Below, piece after piece: positions 19,465 to 30,900 of a DNA stretch of 64,000 nucleotides. This DNA comes from an uncultured Gemmatimonadales bacterium. GTDB lineage: Bacteria > Gemmatimonadota > Gemmatimonadetes > Gemmatimonadales > Gemmatimonadaceae. The notes under the pieces were generated by a model that was not told the origin of the DNA, ran no database searches, and saw only the letters and a list, made by a program, of their open reading frames with translations. Every line of letters starts with the position of its first letter. Within the stretch, counting starts at the first letter, position 1. The DNA is taken from positions 128,001 through 192,000 of the forward strand of contig CAWKNZ010000001.1 of assembly GCA_963851265.1 (NCBI GenBank). The letters are read 5' to 3'. The position numbers were made by a program, and so were the translations under genes.

Positions 19465-20541
19465 GTGAACCGCCGCGTTCAGGTTGGCGCGTTCCTCGCC
19501 GGCGTCGCGTTCCTCGCCTGGCTCGTCGTCACCACCGGTGCGCGTGCGATCCTCCGCGACCTCGCGCGCACCGGCTGGACGTTCGTCCCGCTCGTCCTGG
19601 TCTGGGGCGGCGTCTACGCGCTGAATACGGTCGCCTGGCTCGCGCTGCTGCGCGGGGCCGTCACGGCCGACGCCGCCGACGCGCGTGGGCAGCCGGCGCC
19701 GGGGGTGAGCGCGCTCGAGGGGATCGGCGTCGTGCCGTTCCCCCGCGCGTTCGCGATCACCGTCTCCGCGTTCGCGCTCAACTACGTCACGCCGTTCGTC
19801 AGTCTCGGCGGCGAGCCGTTCAAGGGCGCCGCGGCGGCGCGCTGGGTGGGGCGGCCGCGCGCGGCGGCGAGCGTCGTCGGCTTCCGCATCGTCCACACCC
19901 TCGGCCAGTTCCTCTTCTGGGTGCTGAGCATCCCGGTGGCGTGGGCGGTGCTCCCCGCGGACCGCACGATGCGCGCGCTACTGCTCGCGGCCAGCGTGGT
20001 GCTCGTCCCGGCGAGCGCGGGCGCGCTGCTGCTGCTCCGCGCGCGCGTGCTCGAGCGCGGGCTCGACGCGCTCGGCCGCGTGCGGCTCGGCCGCGCGCTC
20101 GACGCGTTAGGCGCGCGGCTGCTGGCGCGCCTCGAGCCGCGCCGCGCCGCGCTCGCCGCGGTCGACGCGGACCTCGCCGCGGTGGCCCGCCACCCCGCGA
20201 CGCTCGCCGTCGCGCTGGGCGCGGAGGTCGCCGGGCGCTTCCTGGCCGCGGTCGAGTTCGTGCTCGTCGCGCGCGTCGTCGGCGCGCGGTTCGGGTACGC
20301 CGACGCGGTGGTCGCCGCGGGCGTGTCGCAGGTCGTGATGAACCTGCTGTTCTTCGTCCCCTTCGAGGCCGGCACGCGCGAGGGCGGGCTCTTTCTCGTC
20401 GCGCGGCTGCTCGGACTGGCGCCGGCGGTGGGCGTCTACGCCGCGCTCGTCACCCGGCTGCGCGAGCTGACGTGGATCGGGATCGGGCTGGCGCTGATCT
20501 GGGCGACCGGGTCCGGCGGGCGGGCGCGGAACGAGGCGTAG
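19465..20541 (+). CDS. LPG_synthase_TM / flippase-like integral membrane protein
   Basis: Multi-TM; NYVTPFVSLGGEP, FVPFEAGTREGG, RLREL motifs. Confidence 0.85.
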   Translation: MNRRVQVGAFLAGVAFLAWLVVTTGARAILRDLARTGWTFVPLVLVWGGVYALNTVAWLALLRGAVTADAADARGQPAPGVSALEGIGVVPFPRAFAITVSAFALNYVTPFVSLGGEPFKGAAAARWVGRPRAAASVVGFRIVHTLGQFLFWVLSIPVAWAVLPADRTMRALLLAASVVLVPASAGALLLLRARVLERGLDALGRVRLGRALDALGARLLARLEPRRAALAAVDADLAAVARHPATLAVALGAEVAGRFLAAVEFVLVARVVGARFGYADAVVAAGVSQVVMNLLFFVPFEAGTREGGLFLVARLLGLAPAVGVYAALVTRLRELTWIGIGLALIWATGSGGRARNEA

Positions 20542-20557
20542 GCCGCGCCGGGGCCGC

Positions 20558-21760
20558 CTACAGCTCCCGGTCGTACAGGCGGTAGCGCTTCGTGATCTCC
20601 GCCCCGAGCTTCTCCATCGGCGTGCGCATGGCCATGTTGTCCTCGAGGATCCACGAGAACTCGCCGCTGCGCATCTTCTTCCGGATGCCCGTGCGGAAGA
20701 GGTACAGGTAGAGCAGCTCCGCCGCGCCGGTGCGCCGGAATTTCGGGAGCACGCCGAGCGTGAGCACGCGCAGCGCGTTGATCTTGCGCCCGTACCAGAG
20801 GCCCTTCGCCCAGCCGATCGGGAAGAGGCTCCCGTTCATCGGCTTGAGCGCCTGGTTGAGGTCGGGCAGCGCGATGGCGAAGCCGGCCGTCTCGCCCTTG
20901 ACCTCGACGAAGGCGACGAGGTCGAAATCCGCCACCGGCTTGAGCTGCTTCGCCAGGTGGTCGAACTCCTCGGGCGTGAACGGGACGAAGCCCCAGTTCG
21001 CCTCCCACGCGCCGTTGTACAGGTCGCGGATGCGCGTGATCTCGGCGTCGAAATTCTTCTTGTCGAACGGACGGACGACCACGCCGAAGCGCTCGCGCGC
21101 GAGGCGCTCGAAGTTGCGCAGGCGCTCCGGGATGTGGGGTGTCGCCTCCTCCTCGGTCGCGTTCGGCGGCACGCCGAGCGAGTCGGCCGAGAGCTCGTAG
21201 GCGAGCACGTCCTTGGCCTTGTGGAACCCCGCGCCCTCGATCAACTCCGCGTAGTACGGCGGGTTGTACGGCATCATGATGGACGGGTCGCGGTCGAACC
21301 CGTCGACGAGCAGCCCCCAATCCTCGTTGGACGAGAAGTTGGCCGGGCCGCGCATGACCGTGAGGCCGCGCTCGCGCAGCCAGTCGGCCGCCGCGTCGAG
21401 CAGCGCGCGTGCTACGTCGGGGCTGCGTTCGCACTCGAACAGCCCGAAGAACCCGACGGCCTCGTGATGCGTCTGTTCGTGCAGCCGGTTGCGGATCGCG
21501 GCCACGCGCCCGACGATCACGCCGGCCGAGTTGCGCGCGAGCAGCAGCTCCACCTCGGCGTGCGCGTGGAACGGGTGCTTCTTCGGATCGATGAGCGCGG
21601 CGACCTCGCCCTTGAGCGGGGGGACCCAGTGTGGCTCGGCGCGGTGCAGCCGGAAGGGCAGGTCGATGAACGCCCGCCTGTCGGCCGCACTGCGCACGGG
21701 CGTGATCTGAACGCGGGTCACGCGGCCGGTAGAGGGAGGAGATTCGAGCGACGTAGCCAA
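20558..21760 (-). CDS. YghO-like GNAT protein; bacterial ceramide synthase (bCerS)-like
   Basis: FIDLP...WVPPL...GRVAA...GFFGLFE...GP.NFSSN..GLLVDGF...MMPYNPPYY...NWGFVP...SWILEDN. Confidence 0.8.
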   Translation of the reverse strand: MATSLESPPSTGRVTRVQITPVRSAADRRAFIDLPFRLHRAEPHWVPPLKGEVAALIDPKKHPFHAHAEVELLLARNSAGVIVGRVAAIRNRLHEQTHHEAVGFFGLFECERSPDVARALLDAAADWLRERGLTVMRGPANFSSNEDWGLLVDGFDRDPSIMMPYNPPYYAELIEGAGFHKAKDVLAYELSADSLGVPPNATEEEATPHIPERLRNFERLARERFGVVVRPFDKKNFDAEITRIRDLYNGAWEANWGFVPFTPEEFDHLAKQLKPVADFDLVAFVEVKGETAGFAIALPDLNQALKPMNGSLFPIGWAKGLWYGRKINALRVLTLGVLPKFRRTGAAELLYLYLFRTGIRKKMRSGEFSWILEDNMAMRTPMEKLGAEITKRYRLYDREL

Positions 21761-22010
21761 AACGATTCGGGTTTGAGTGCTCTCCCAATGTGCGCCGCGC
21801 TACCACGGCGCGCCATGCGCGCACCAGGCCTCGGGAGCAAACAAGCCACCAAGTCGCATTCGGAATGGTTCGTGCTCGCCCTCGCGTTCGGCGCGCGGCG
21901 GCACGGCGGGTCCAGATCGGCGTGGACGTCCACATGTCTGCACGACGTCGGTGCCCGTTCACCTCGAACGGGCGCCACGCGCGATTGGACGCTTGCGTAC
22001 ACTAGCGTAC

Positions 22011-22478
22011 ATGGCTCTTCCGACCCACATGACGACGTCGTCGGTTCCGACCCCCGCCACGACCGCCACCGCAGGCACCGTTCCCGCGCGCTGGACGGAC
22101 CTCGTGCTGCTCGCGCTCCGCATCGTCGTGGGGCTCATGTTCGCCTGCCACGGAGCACAGAAGCTCCTCGGCTGGTTTGGTGGCCCCGGGGGCAAGGGCG
22201 GGTCGGTGCCGCTGTTCACGCTCCCGGGCATCGCCGGCGTGCTCGAGCTCATCGGCGGGGCGCTGATCGTGGTCGGATTCTCGACGCGCGCGGTCGCGTT
22301 CGTGCTCGCCGGGGAGATGGCCGTGGCGTATCTCATGGCTCACGCCCCGCGCGGCTTCCTGCCGATCGTGAACCACGGCGAGCCGGCGGTGCTCTACTGC
22401 TTCCTGTTCCTGGCCCTGTGGGCGGTAGGTCCGGGCGCCTACAGCGTGGACGCGCGGCGCGGGCTCGCGCGCGGCTGA
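22011..22478 (+). CDS. DoxX-family membrane protein
   Basis: LRIVVGLMFACHGAQKL, ELIGG, GEMAVAY, GPGAYSVD. Confidence 0.93.
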   Translation: MALPTHMTTSSVPTPATTATAGTVPARWTDLVLLALRIVVGLMFACHGAQKLLGWFGGPGGKGGSVPLFTLPGIAGVLELIGGALIVVGFSTRAVAFVLAGEMAVAYLMAHAPRGFLPIVNHGEPAVLYCFLFLALWAVGPGAYSVDARRGLARG

Positions 22479-22548
22479 GACGCGCGCGGGCTGAGACGCG
22501 CGCGGGCTGACCCCGAGCGGGCCTGCCGTGAGCGCGGCGACCGGGACG

Positions 22549-23808
22549 TCAGGTGAGCAACAGCCGGGCGGCGAGAGCGACTCCCAGTGCCGGCGGCATC
22601 ACGACCGCCCCGGTCCTGAGAAAGCGCCAGAACCCCACGTTCTCGCCCTCGCGGCGGATGGCCGTGAGCCAGAGGACGGTCGCGAGCGAGCCGGTCACCG
22701 AGAGGTTGGGGCCGAGATCGACGCCGATCAGGAGGGCGTCGGTGACCTGCTGCGGCGGGTGCGCCCGCGCGAGCGTCGCGCTCGCGACGAGTCCCGCGGG
22801 CAGGTTGTTGGTCAGATTGCAGACGACCGCCAGCAGACCGCCCGCGCCCCACGCCGTCCCGTCCGGCGAGCGTTGCACGGCCGCGCGCAACGCGTCCGCC
22901 AGATCCCCGACGACTCCGGTGCGGTCCAGCGCTTCGACGAGGGCGAAGAGCCCCGCGACGAGCGGAAGCACCGCCCACGACACCTCGCGCACCAGCGGCA
23001 GCGGGGAGGTCCGCGTCCGCACGAGCACGGCGGCCGCGGTGAGCATCCCCAGCACGGCCGTCGGCAGGCCGAGCGGCCGGTCGAGCGCGGATACCGCGAG
23101 CAGCACCACCGCGGTCAGGACGATTCCGGCGAGCGCCGTCCAGCCCCCTGCCGACAGCGGCGGGCAGTCGAGGTCGCCCGCGCACGCGGTCCCGAGCCGC
23201 CGCCCCTCCACGAAGCGCAGCGCCGCATACGTGGCGACCACCGAGAGGGCGGAGGGGAGCGCGAACCCGGCCAGCCAGCGTCCCAACGGCGGCGTGTGGT
23301 TGCCGTAGAGCACGATGTTGGCGGGATTGGAGATCGGCAGCACGAAGCTCGCGGCGTTGGCGATGAACGCGCAGACGAACAGGTAGGGCAGGGGCTCGAC
23401 CCGCGCCTTTCTGGTCGCCGCGAACACCGCGGGGGTGAGCACGACGGCCGCCGCGTCGTTGGACAGAAAGGCGGTGATCACGGTGCCCACCGCGTAGACG
23501 AGCAGGAAGAGCCGCGTCGGCGACCGGTGCGCCGCATTCACGGCGAGTGCCGCGACGGTGTCGAACAGCCCCTCGCGCCGCGCGACCTCCGACAGGAGCA
23601 TCATCCCGACGAGGAAGAGATACACGTCGAGGCCCCGGGCCACGCCGGCGGCGGCGGCGCTGAGCGGCAGGAGTCCGAGCGCGACGAGCAGCACCGCGCC
23701 CGAGACGGCCCACACGGCTTCGGGCAGCTGGAATGGACGGACGATGACGCCGGCGGTGGCGAGCCCCGCGAGCCCCCATGTGAGTTCGCGACCCACGGCC
23801 GGCGTCAC
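22549..23808 (-). CDS. ArsB/NhaD-family membrane transporter
   Basis: FLSNDAAAVVLTP, ANAASFVLPISNPAN, NNLPA, DLGPNLSVTGSLATVLW; start approximate. Confidence 0.9.
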   Translation of the reverse strand: MTPAVGRELTWGLAGLATAGVIVRPFQLPEAVWAVSGAVLLVALGLLPLSAAAAGVARGLDVYLFLVGMMLLSEVARREGLFDTVAALAVNAAHRSPTRLFLLVYAVGTVITAFLSNDAAAVVLTPAVFAATRKARVEPLPYLFVCAFIANAASFVLPISNPANIVLYGNHTPPLGRWLAGFALPSALSVVATYAALRFVEGRRLGTACAGDLDCPPLSAGGWTALAGIVLTAVVLLAVSALDRPLGLPTAVLGMLTAAAVLVRTRTSPLPLVREVSWAVLPLVAGLFALVEALDRTGVVGDLADALRAAVQRSPDGTAWGAGGLLAVVCNLTNNLPAGLVASATLARAHPPQQVTDALLIGVDLGPNLSVTGSLATVLWLTAIRREGENVGFWRFLRTGAVVMPPALGVALAARLLLT

Positions 23809-24006
23809 GCCGGGGCAGAGCTGGAGCACGCCCGGGCACCCCGCACCGTCGTCGGGGCGAGGGCGCGCGGCGCGCACGTGTGGGGTCGGATCGTCAGCGG
23901 CTTCACGCTCGGTTCACGAACAGATTGAGATCGACCCGGCGGTGGATCGAGTGGCGCCCCGGGCGGATCGCGGCGGACCACCGCCCGGCCGCGCTAACTT
24001 GGCGGC

Positions 24007-24378
24007 ATGGAGGTCCAGATCTTCGGGCACAAGAAAGACGCCGCCACGCGCGCCGCGCAGCGCTTCTTCGCCGAACGGCGCGTGAAGGTCCACTTCGTCG
24101 ACTTCATGGACCGCTGGCCGTCGGCCGGCGAGCTGAAGCGCTTCGCACAGAAGTTCGGCGTCGAGGCGCTCCTCGACCGCGACGGGAAGCGCTTCGCCGA
24201 GCGCGGGCTCGCGCCGGCGCGCTACGGCGACGAGCGGTGGCTCGAGATGCTCGTCGACGACCCGTGGTTACTGCGCGTGCCGCTCGTGCGATGGCAGCAC
24301 AAGCTCACCATCGGCGCGGCCGAGCGGGAATGGAAGGGCTGGATCGAGGCGGACCGGGCGGGAACGACGGTGGCCTGA
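24007..24378 (+). CDS. ArsC/Spx/YffB-family protein (no cysteine)
   Basis: VQIFG.KK...TRAAQRFF, P.LLRVPLV...IG. Confidence 0.8.
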   Translation: MEVQIFGHKKDAATRAAQRFFAERRVKVHFVDFMDRWPSAGELKRFAQKFGVEALLDRDGKRFAERGLAPARYGDERWLEMLVDDPWLLRVPLVRWQHKLTIGAAEREWKGWIEADRAGTTVA

Positions 24379-24522
24379 GGCGCTCCCCGGCCCCGGCCGG
24401 ATCGGCGTGACGCTCGCAGGGCCCGGGCGTCTCGGGAGTGTCCCGCGTTCGTGTCGACGCTCGGGCGATGCGCCCCGGTTGTTGTCCCGGGGGTCCCGTG
24501 CGCGGCCGCCCGCCGTCCTCTC

Positions 24523-26691
24523 GTGTCCACGACCGACCTCGCTCTCCTCACGCCCGACCAGATCCTTGCCGACGTCGATGCCGCGTTCCTGCGTGGCGCG
24601 ACGACCGAGGCGCTGGCCCTGTGCCGGGAGGGTGCACGCCGCCTGCGGAGCGCGGCCTCGCCGGGCGTGTTCGCCGGCCAGCTGGCGCGCTGCGAGGCGC
24701 GGGCCGCCCTGCTCGACGGCAATGCGGACGCGGCGCTCGACACCCTGGGTGCGGCGCTCGCCATCGCGGAGTGCTCGGGCGACGCGGACGGCGCGGCGCG
24801 CACGCTCAACAACATCGCGATCGTCCACCTGCAGCGTGGCGACCTGGATGTGGCCGAGCGGTTCTACGCGGCCGCGCGCACGCGCGCCCGCGCTGCCGCC
24901 GCGCTCGACATCGTCGCGCACGCGACGCTCAACCTCGGCATCGTGGCCAACGTGCGGGGCGACCTGCGGCGCGCGCGCGCCCACTACCGCCGCGCGCTGG
25001 TGGACCTGCGCGCGCTCGGCCAGGCGACCTACGTCGTACGCACCCTGAACAATCTCGGGCTCCTCTACGCCGACCAGGGCCAGTGGGACGACGCCGAGCG
25101 GTCGTATGCCGAGGCACTCGGCGTCTGCGTCCACGCGGGCGACCTCGAGGCGGCGGCCCGGCTGCACGGCAACCTCGCCGAGGTCTGGGCAGCGCGCGGC
25201 GACCTCGCACGCGCGGAGGCGGCGTGCGGCGAGGGCATGGCCGTCTGCGACCGCACGGCCCACGGCGCGGCCCGGGGCGAGCTGCACCGCACGAGCGGTG
25301 TCGTCGCGCGCGAGGCCGGCCGCTACGCCGAGGCCGACGCCCACCTCGCCGCGGCCGAGCGGTTCGGGCGTGAACGCGAGGACCTGCTCCTTCAGGCCGA
25401 GACGGCCCGCGAGCAGGCCGACCTCTTCCGTCGCCAGTCGCGCAACCGCGACACGTTCCAGGCGCTCAACCGCGCCCACCGCCTGTTCGAGCAGCTGCGC
25501 GCGCGGCGTGCGCTGGCCGACATCGGGCGGCGCATGGGGCGGCTCGAGGACGAGTTCGTCGACGTGGCGCGGCGCTGGGGCGAATCGATCGAAGCCAAGG
25601 ACCGCTACACCCAGGGTCACTGCCAGCGCGTGGCCGACCTCGCGTGCCTGATCGCCGAGCATGCCGGACCCGCGCACGGCTTCGACCCGCAGGCGCTGTT
25701 CTGGTTCCGCATCGGCGCGCTGTTGCACGACGTGGGCAAGCTCGACATCCCCGCCGAGGTCCTCAACAAGCCCGGGAAGCTCAGCGACGCGGAGTTCGCG
25801 CAGATGCGCGGGCACGCGGAGGCCGGCGTCGCGTTGCTGGCCGACATCGAGTTTCCGTGGGACGTGCGGCCGATCGTGCTCTCGCACCACGAGCGGTGGG
25901 ACGGTCGGGGGTACCCACACCGGCTGGCCGGCGACGCGATCCCGCTCACCGCACGCATCCTCGGCGTGGCCGACGTGTACGACGCGCTCACCTCGGTGCG
26001 CAGCTACAAGCGCGCGATGTCGCACGACGAGGCGACGACGATCCTCCGCAATGATGCGGGGACCGCGTTCGACCCGCAGGTCGTCGCCTGGTTCGAGGCC
26101 ATCGCGCCCGTGTGGGCCGCGCGCACTGCGGGCGAGCACGCGGAGCGCACGGCCAACGCGGCCGAGCCGGCGGACGTCCGAGCGCAACGCCGGATGCTCG
26201 GACTCGACGAGGCGACCGGTCTGCCGGGTCGTCAGGCGTTCTTCGTCGAGTGCGCCCGCGTCCTGGCCGCCCGCGCCCACGACGGCCGCCCGACGGCGCT
26301 CCTGCTGGTGACGCTGAACGCGGCAACGACCGCGCTGCGCCCCGAGTCCGACGGCGTGGCCGCGGTCGTCGCCGAGGCGCTCAGTCGCCACACCCGGGGC
26401 GGCGACTTCGTGGGCCGCTACGCCGCGGGCGAGTTCGTCGTGCTGCTCGCCGACGTGTCGGCCGACGAGGCGCACGAGACGGCGGCGCGCCTGGCCGAGG
26501 TGGCGGGCGACGCGCTGGCCGATGCGGGCGAGGACGCGCGCGCGTCGGTCCACGTCGCCGTCGGTATTGCCCCGACCGGCAGCAGTGCGCCCGAGGCGCT
26601 TCTGGCGGCGGCCGACGCGGCCCGCCGCCGGGGGACACCGGACGGGACCGCCACCACCTCGCCGCGGCACGCGCTCGTGGCGGCCGCGTAA
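24523..26691 (+). CDS. TPR + HD-GYP phosphodiesterase + degenerate GGDEF protein
   Basis: NNIA/NLG/NNLG TPR repeats; LHDVGK, HHERWDGRGYP, ADVYDALT; DEATGL...GRYAAGEF. Confidence 0.92.
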   Translation: MSTTDLALLTPDQILADVDAAFLRGATTEALALCREGARRLRSAASPGVFAGQLARCEARAALLDGNADAALDTLGAALAIAECSGDADGAARTLNNIAIVHLQRGDLDVAERFYAAARTRARAAAALDIVAHATLNLGIVANVRGDLRRARAHYRRALVDLRALGQATYVVRTLNNLGLLYADQGQWDDAERSYAEALGVCVHAGDLEAAARLHGNLAEVWAARGDLARAEAACGEGMAVCDRTAHGAARGELHRTSGVVAREAGRYAEADAHLAAAERFGREREDLLLQAETAREQADLFRRQSRNRDTFQALNRAHRLFEQLRARRALADIGRRMGRLEDEFVDVARRWGESIEAKDRYTQGHCQRVADLACLIAEHAGPAHGFDPQALFWFRIGALLHDVGKLDIPAEVLNKPGKLSDAEFAQMRGHAEAGVALLADIEFPWDVRPIVLSHHERWDGRGYPHRLAGDAIPLTARILGVADVYDALTSVRSYKRAMSHDEATTILRNDAGTAFDPQVVAWFEAIAPVWAARTAGEHAERTANAAEPADVRAQRRMLGLDEATGLPGRQAFFVECARVLAARAHDGRPTALLLVTLNAATTALRPESDGVAAVVAEALSRHTRGGDFVGRYAAGEFVVLLADVSADEAHETAARLAEVAGDALADAGEDARASVHVAVGIAPTGSSAPEALLAAADAARRRGTPDGTATTSPRHALVAAA

Positions 26692-26787
26692 TCGCCGCGT
26701 CGGCGCACCTCCAGAACGCGCGAAACCGGCGCCCGGGGCAGCTGCCCCGGGCGCCGGCTCGTACAGGACCGCTCGTATCGGACTCGG

Positions 26788-27495
26788 TCAGTGACGCGAC
26801 CAGGCGACGAGGTATCCCGAGAAGTGCGGGACCGCCCAAGTCATGGTCGCACCGCCCACGTTGACCCCGCTGGGCATGAATTCGTTCACGAGCGCATCAC
26901 CGGTCGTGAAGTTGACCTGGCTCTCGTTGGCGAAGTAGCTGCCCGACGAGCTCTGGTAGTAGCCGGCCGGCAGGTTATAGCTCTTCCAGTTCGTGTGCCC
27001 GAGCTGCTGGACCGCGGTGAGCGGCTTCAGGAACTTCACGCCGTGCGGCTGGAAGTCGTACGCGACGACGTTCCCGGCGTATGCCGTGATCGTGAACGTC
27101 ATGCCCGTGTCGCCGGGAATCGCTCCGTTGGGCACCTGGAGCTGAAGGTCGGTGCCGGGCACCGTGATCCCGCCGCCGCCGCGCGAGAGGTACTTGGTCA
27201 CGACGACCGTCTGCGTGAGCGGCGCCGTGCGCAGCAGCCCCTGCACCTGCGTCAGCGTCGTGCTGCTGGTCGACGTGCCCTCGGACGTGCTCGTGGACGT
27301 GCTCGTGGACGTGCTGCTCGAGTAGTTGGGGCTCTGCGACGTCGCGCGCGCGGCGGCGGTCGCCTGGGCGGCGGCCGAGGGGCTGGTCGGGCTGTCGGCG
27401 CAGGCGGCGAGGGCCGCGGTGACGACGGCGGTGCCGAGGGCGATCGCCGGGGTGGCCGTGCGCAGGGCGCGGCGGAACGTGGAGAATTCGGTCAT
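26788..27495 (-). CDS. Lipoprotein with Ser/Thr linker and ZU5-like beta domain
   Basis: Lipobox LAAC; STST repeat; GGGITV...VPNGAI...FQPHG..F.KP...PHFSGY. Confidence 0.75.
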   Translation of the reverse strand: MTEFSTFRRALRTATPAIALGTAVVTAALAACADSPTSPSAAAQATAAARATSQSPNYSSSTSTSTSTSTSEGTSTSSTTLTQVQGLLRTAPLTQTVVVTKYLSRGGGGITVPGTDLQLQVPNGAIPGDTGMTFTITAYAGNVVAYDFQPHGVKFLKPLTAVQQLGHTNWKSYNLPAGYYQSSSGSYFANESQVNFTTGDALVNEFMPSGVNVGGATMTWAVPHFSGYLVAWSRH

Positions 27496-27757
27496 TGCTC
27501 AGACATCCGTTGAGGTAGAGGACGTCGACGTTGGGGCGCTGCCAGGCGCCCGGTCGACGCGGGCGATGTGGCGCGGGCGCGGCAGCGGCGAGCGACTGTT
27601 GCGGCGTGGCGACATGTGCGTCTTTGCTGTGAGAGCGGGGTGCGCGAGGCACGGACGCCAGGGGGGCGGCGGCCTCGCGCTCCGGTATCGGCAGGCACGC
27701 GTGCGGACTTGAGTCCTGTCGGCGTGGGCGCGCCGCTGGCCGGGTTAGCTTCCGGGC

Positions 27758-29814
<2,057 letters not shown>

Positions 29815-30009
29815 CGGACGGACACGCCGGCGGCGTGCTGGCGTGTCCGGAGCCGCGGGTGAAGCATCGCGGCGACCGCCGCGCGCTCGGCCTGCTGCGC
29901 AACGCGTTCGGCCGCGAGCTGCTGCACCCGCGGGGGTGAGGCCCGCGCGGCCGCCGAGCGCCTAACGTCATGGCGCCCGGCGGCCCGGCGTGCGGCGCTT
30001 TACCGCGCC

Positions 30010-30900
30010 TTACGGCGCCTTGTTGCTCGGCCGGATGGTCTGGAACTCGTAGGAGAGGACGCTCTTGAGCGTGAGCTTGTCGCTCCCCGGGGTGAGCCCC
30101 TTCACGAGGCCGAGGTTCCAGTCGAGCCCGGGGATGAACCGGACGTCCACCGTCGGGACGATCGCGTGCCGCTGGTCGCGGACGGAGAGCAACTGGCCTA
30201 ACGGCCCGACCTGGTTGTAGTACTCGACCCCGGGCTGGAGCAGGTGGTAGCGCCGCCAGTAGATCCCCCCGGCGAAGCCGCCCGAGAACCGGCTCCCGGC
30301 GTTCTCGGTGCCGACCATCTCGCTGCCGCCCCCGTGCTCGCCCGACGACCCGCCGCCGGAGGACGCGCGCTGCTCGTTGCTGAACGTGCGCCCGACGATC
30401 GGGTTGAGCACGAGGCGGAAGTCGTTCAGGTCGCGCTGCAGGATGAGCCGCGCCTCGAGTTCCTGCGCCGCCTCGTACTTGGCGCGCGGCACCGAGTACT
30501 CCAGGTACACCGCCGGGTCGAGGAAGCGCTGGTAGCGGCTCCCGAAGCGGTAGCGCCCCTCGATGCGTGCGGCCGTGTAGCGCAGCGGCAGTCCGGGCGC
30601 GCTCTCGAAGTCGGTGTAGCCGGCGAGCGTGAACCGGTCGGTCATCCCGTACTCGAGTTCGGCGCTGTGTGCGGTGACGCCCTGCTCGCTGACGGTCCGG
30701 CCGAAGTGGCTGTAGTCGAGCGTGCTGCGCGCCACCCACGAATCCCACAGTGCGGGCTCCGCCCACCCCTGCATGGGCGTGTCCCACTGGTACACGCGGT
30801 AGCGCTGGGCCGACGCGGGTGCGGCGGCGGCGCCCATGAGGCACGCCGTCGTTAGGCATGCGGCCGTGAGGCGCGCGGCGGTCGAGGTGCGTGCGATCAT
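30010..30900 (-). CDS. Exported, probable outer-membrane beta-barrel protein
   Basis: Signal peptide APASA-Q; amphipathic aromatic-rich strands (ELEYGMTDRF, YLEYS, PGVEYY, LSYEF); ATGA-coupled to upstream gene. Confidence 0.65.
   Translation of the reverse strand: MIARTSTAARLTAACLTTACLMGAAAAPASAQRYRVYQWDTPMQGWAEPALWDSWVARSTLDYSHFGRTVSEQGVTAHSAELEYGMTDRFTLAGYTDFESAPGLPLRYTAARIEGRYRFGSRYQRFLDPAVYLEYSVPRAKYEAAQELEARLILQRDLNDFRLVLNPIVGRTFSNEQRASSGGGSSGEHGGGSEMVGTENAGSRFSGGFAGGIYWRRYHLLQPGVEYYNQVGPLGQLLSVRDQRHAIVPTVDVRFIPGLDWNLGLVKGLTPGSDKLTLKSVLSYEFQTIRPSNKAP

Noticed and set aside
29835..29939. 34-codon ORF VLACPEPRVKHRGDRRALGLLRNAFGRELLHPRG
   Set aside because: No clear RBS or recognisable family; overlaps a hairpin; could be a relic but cannot be supported
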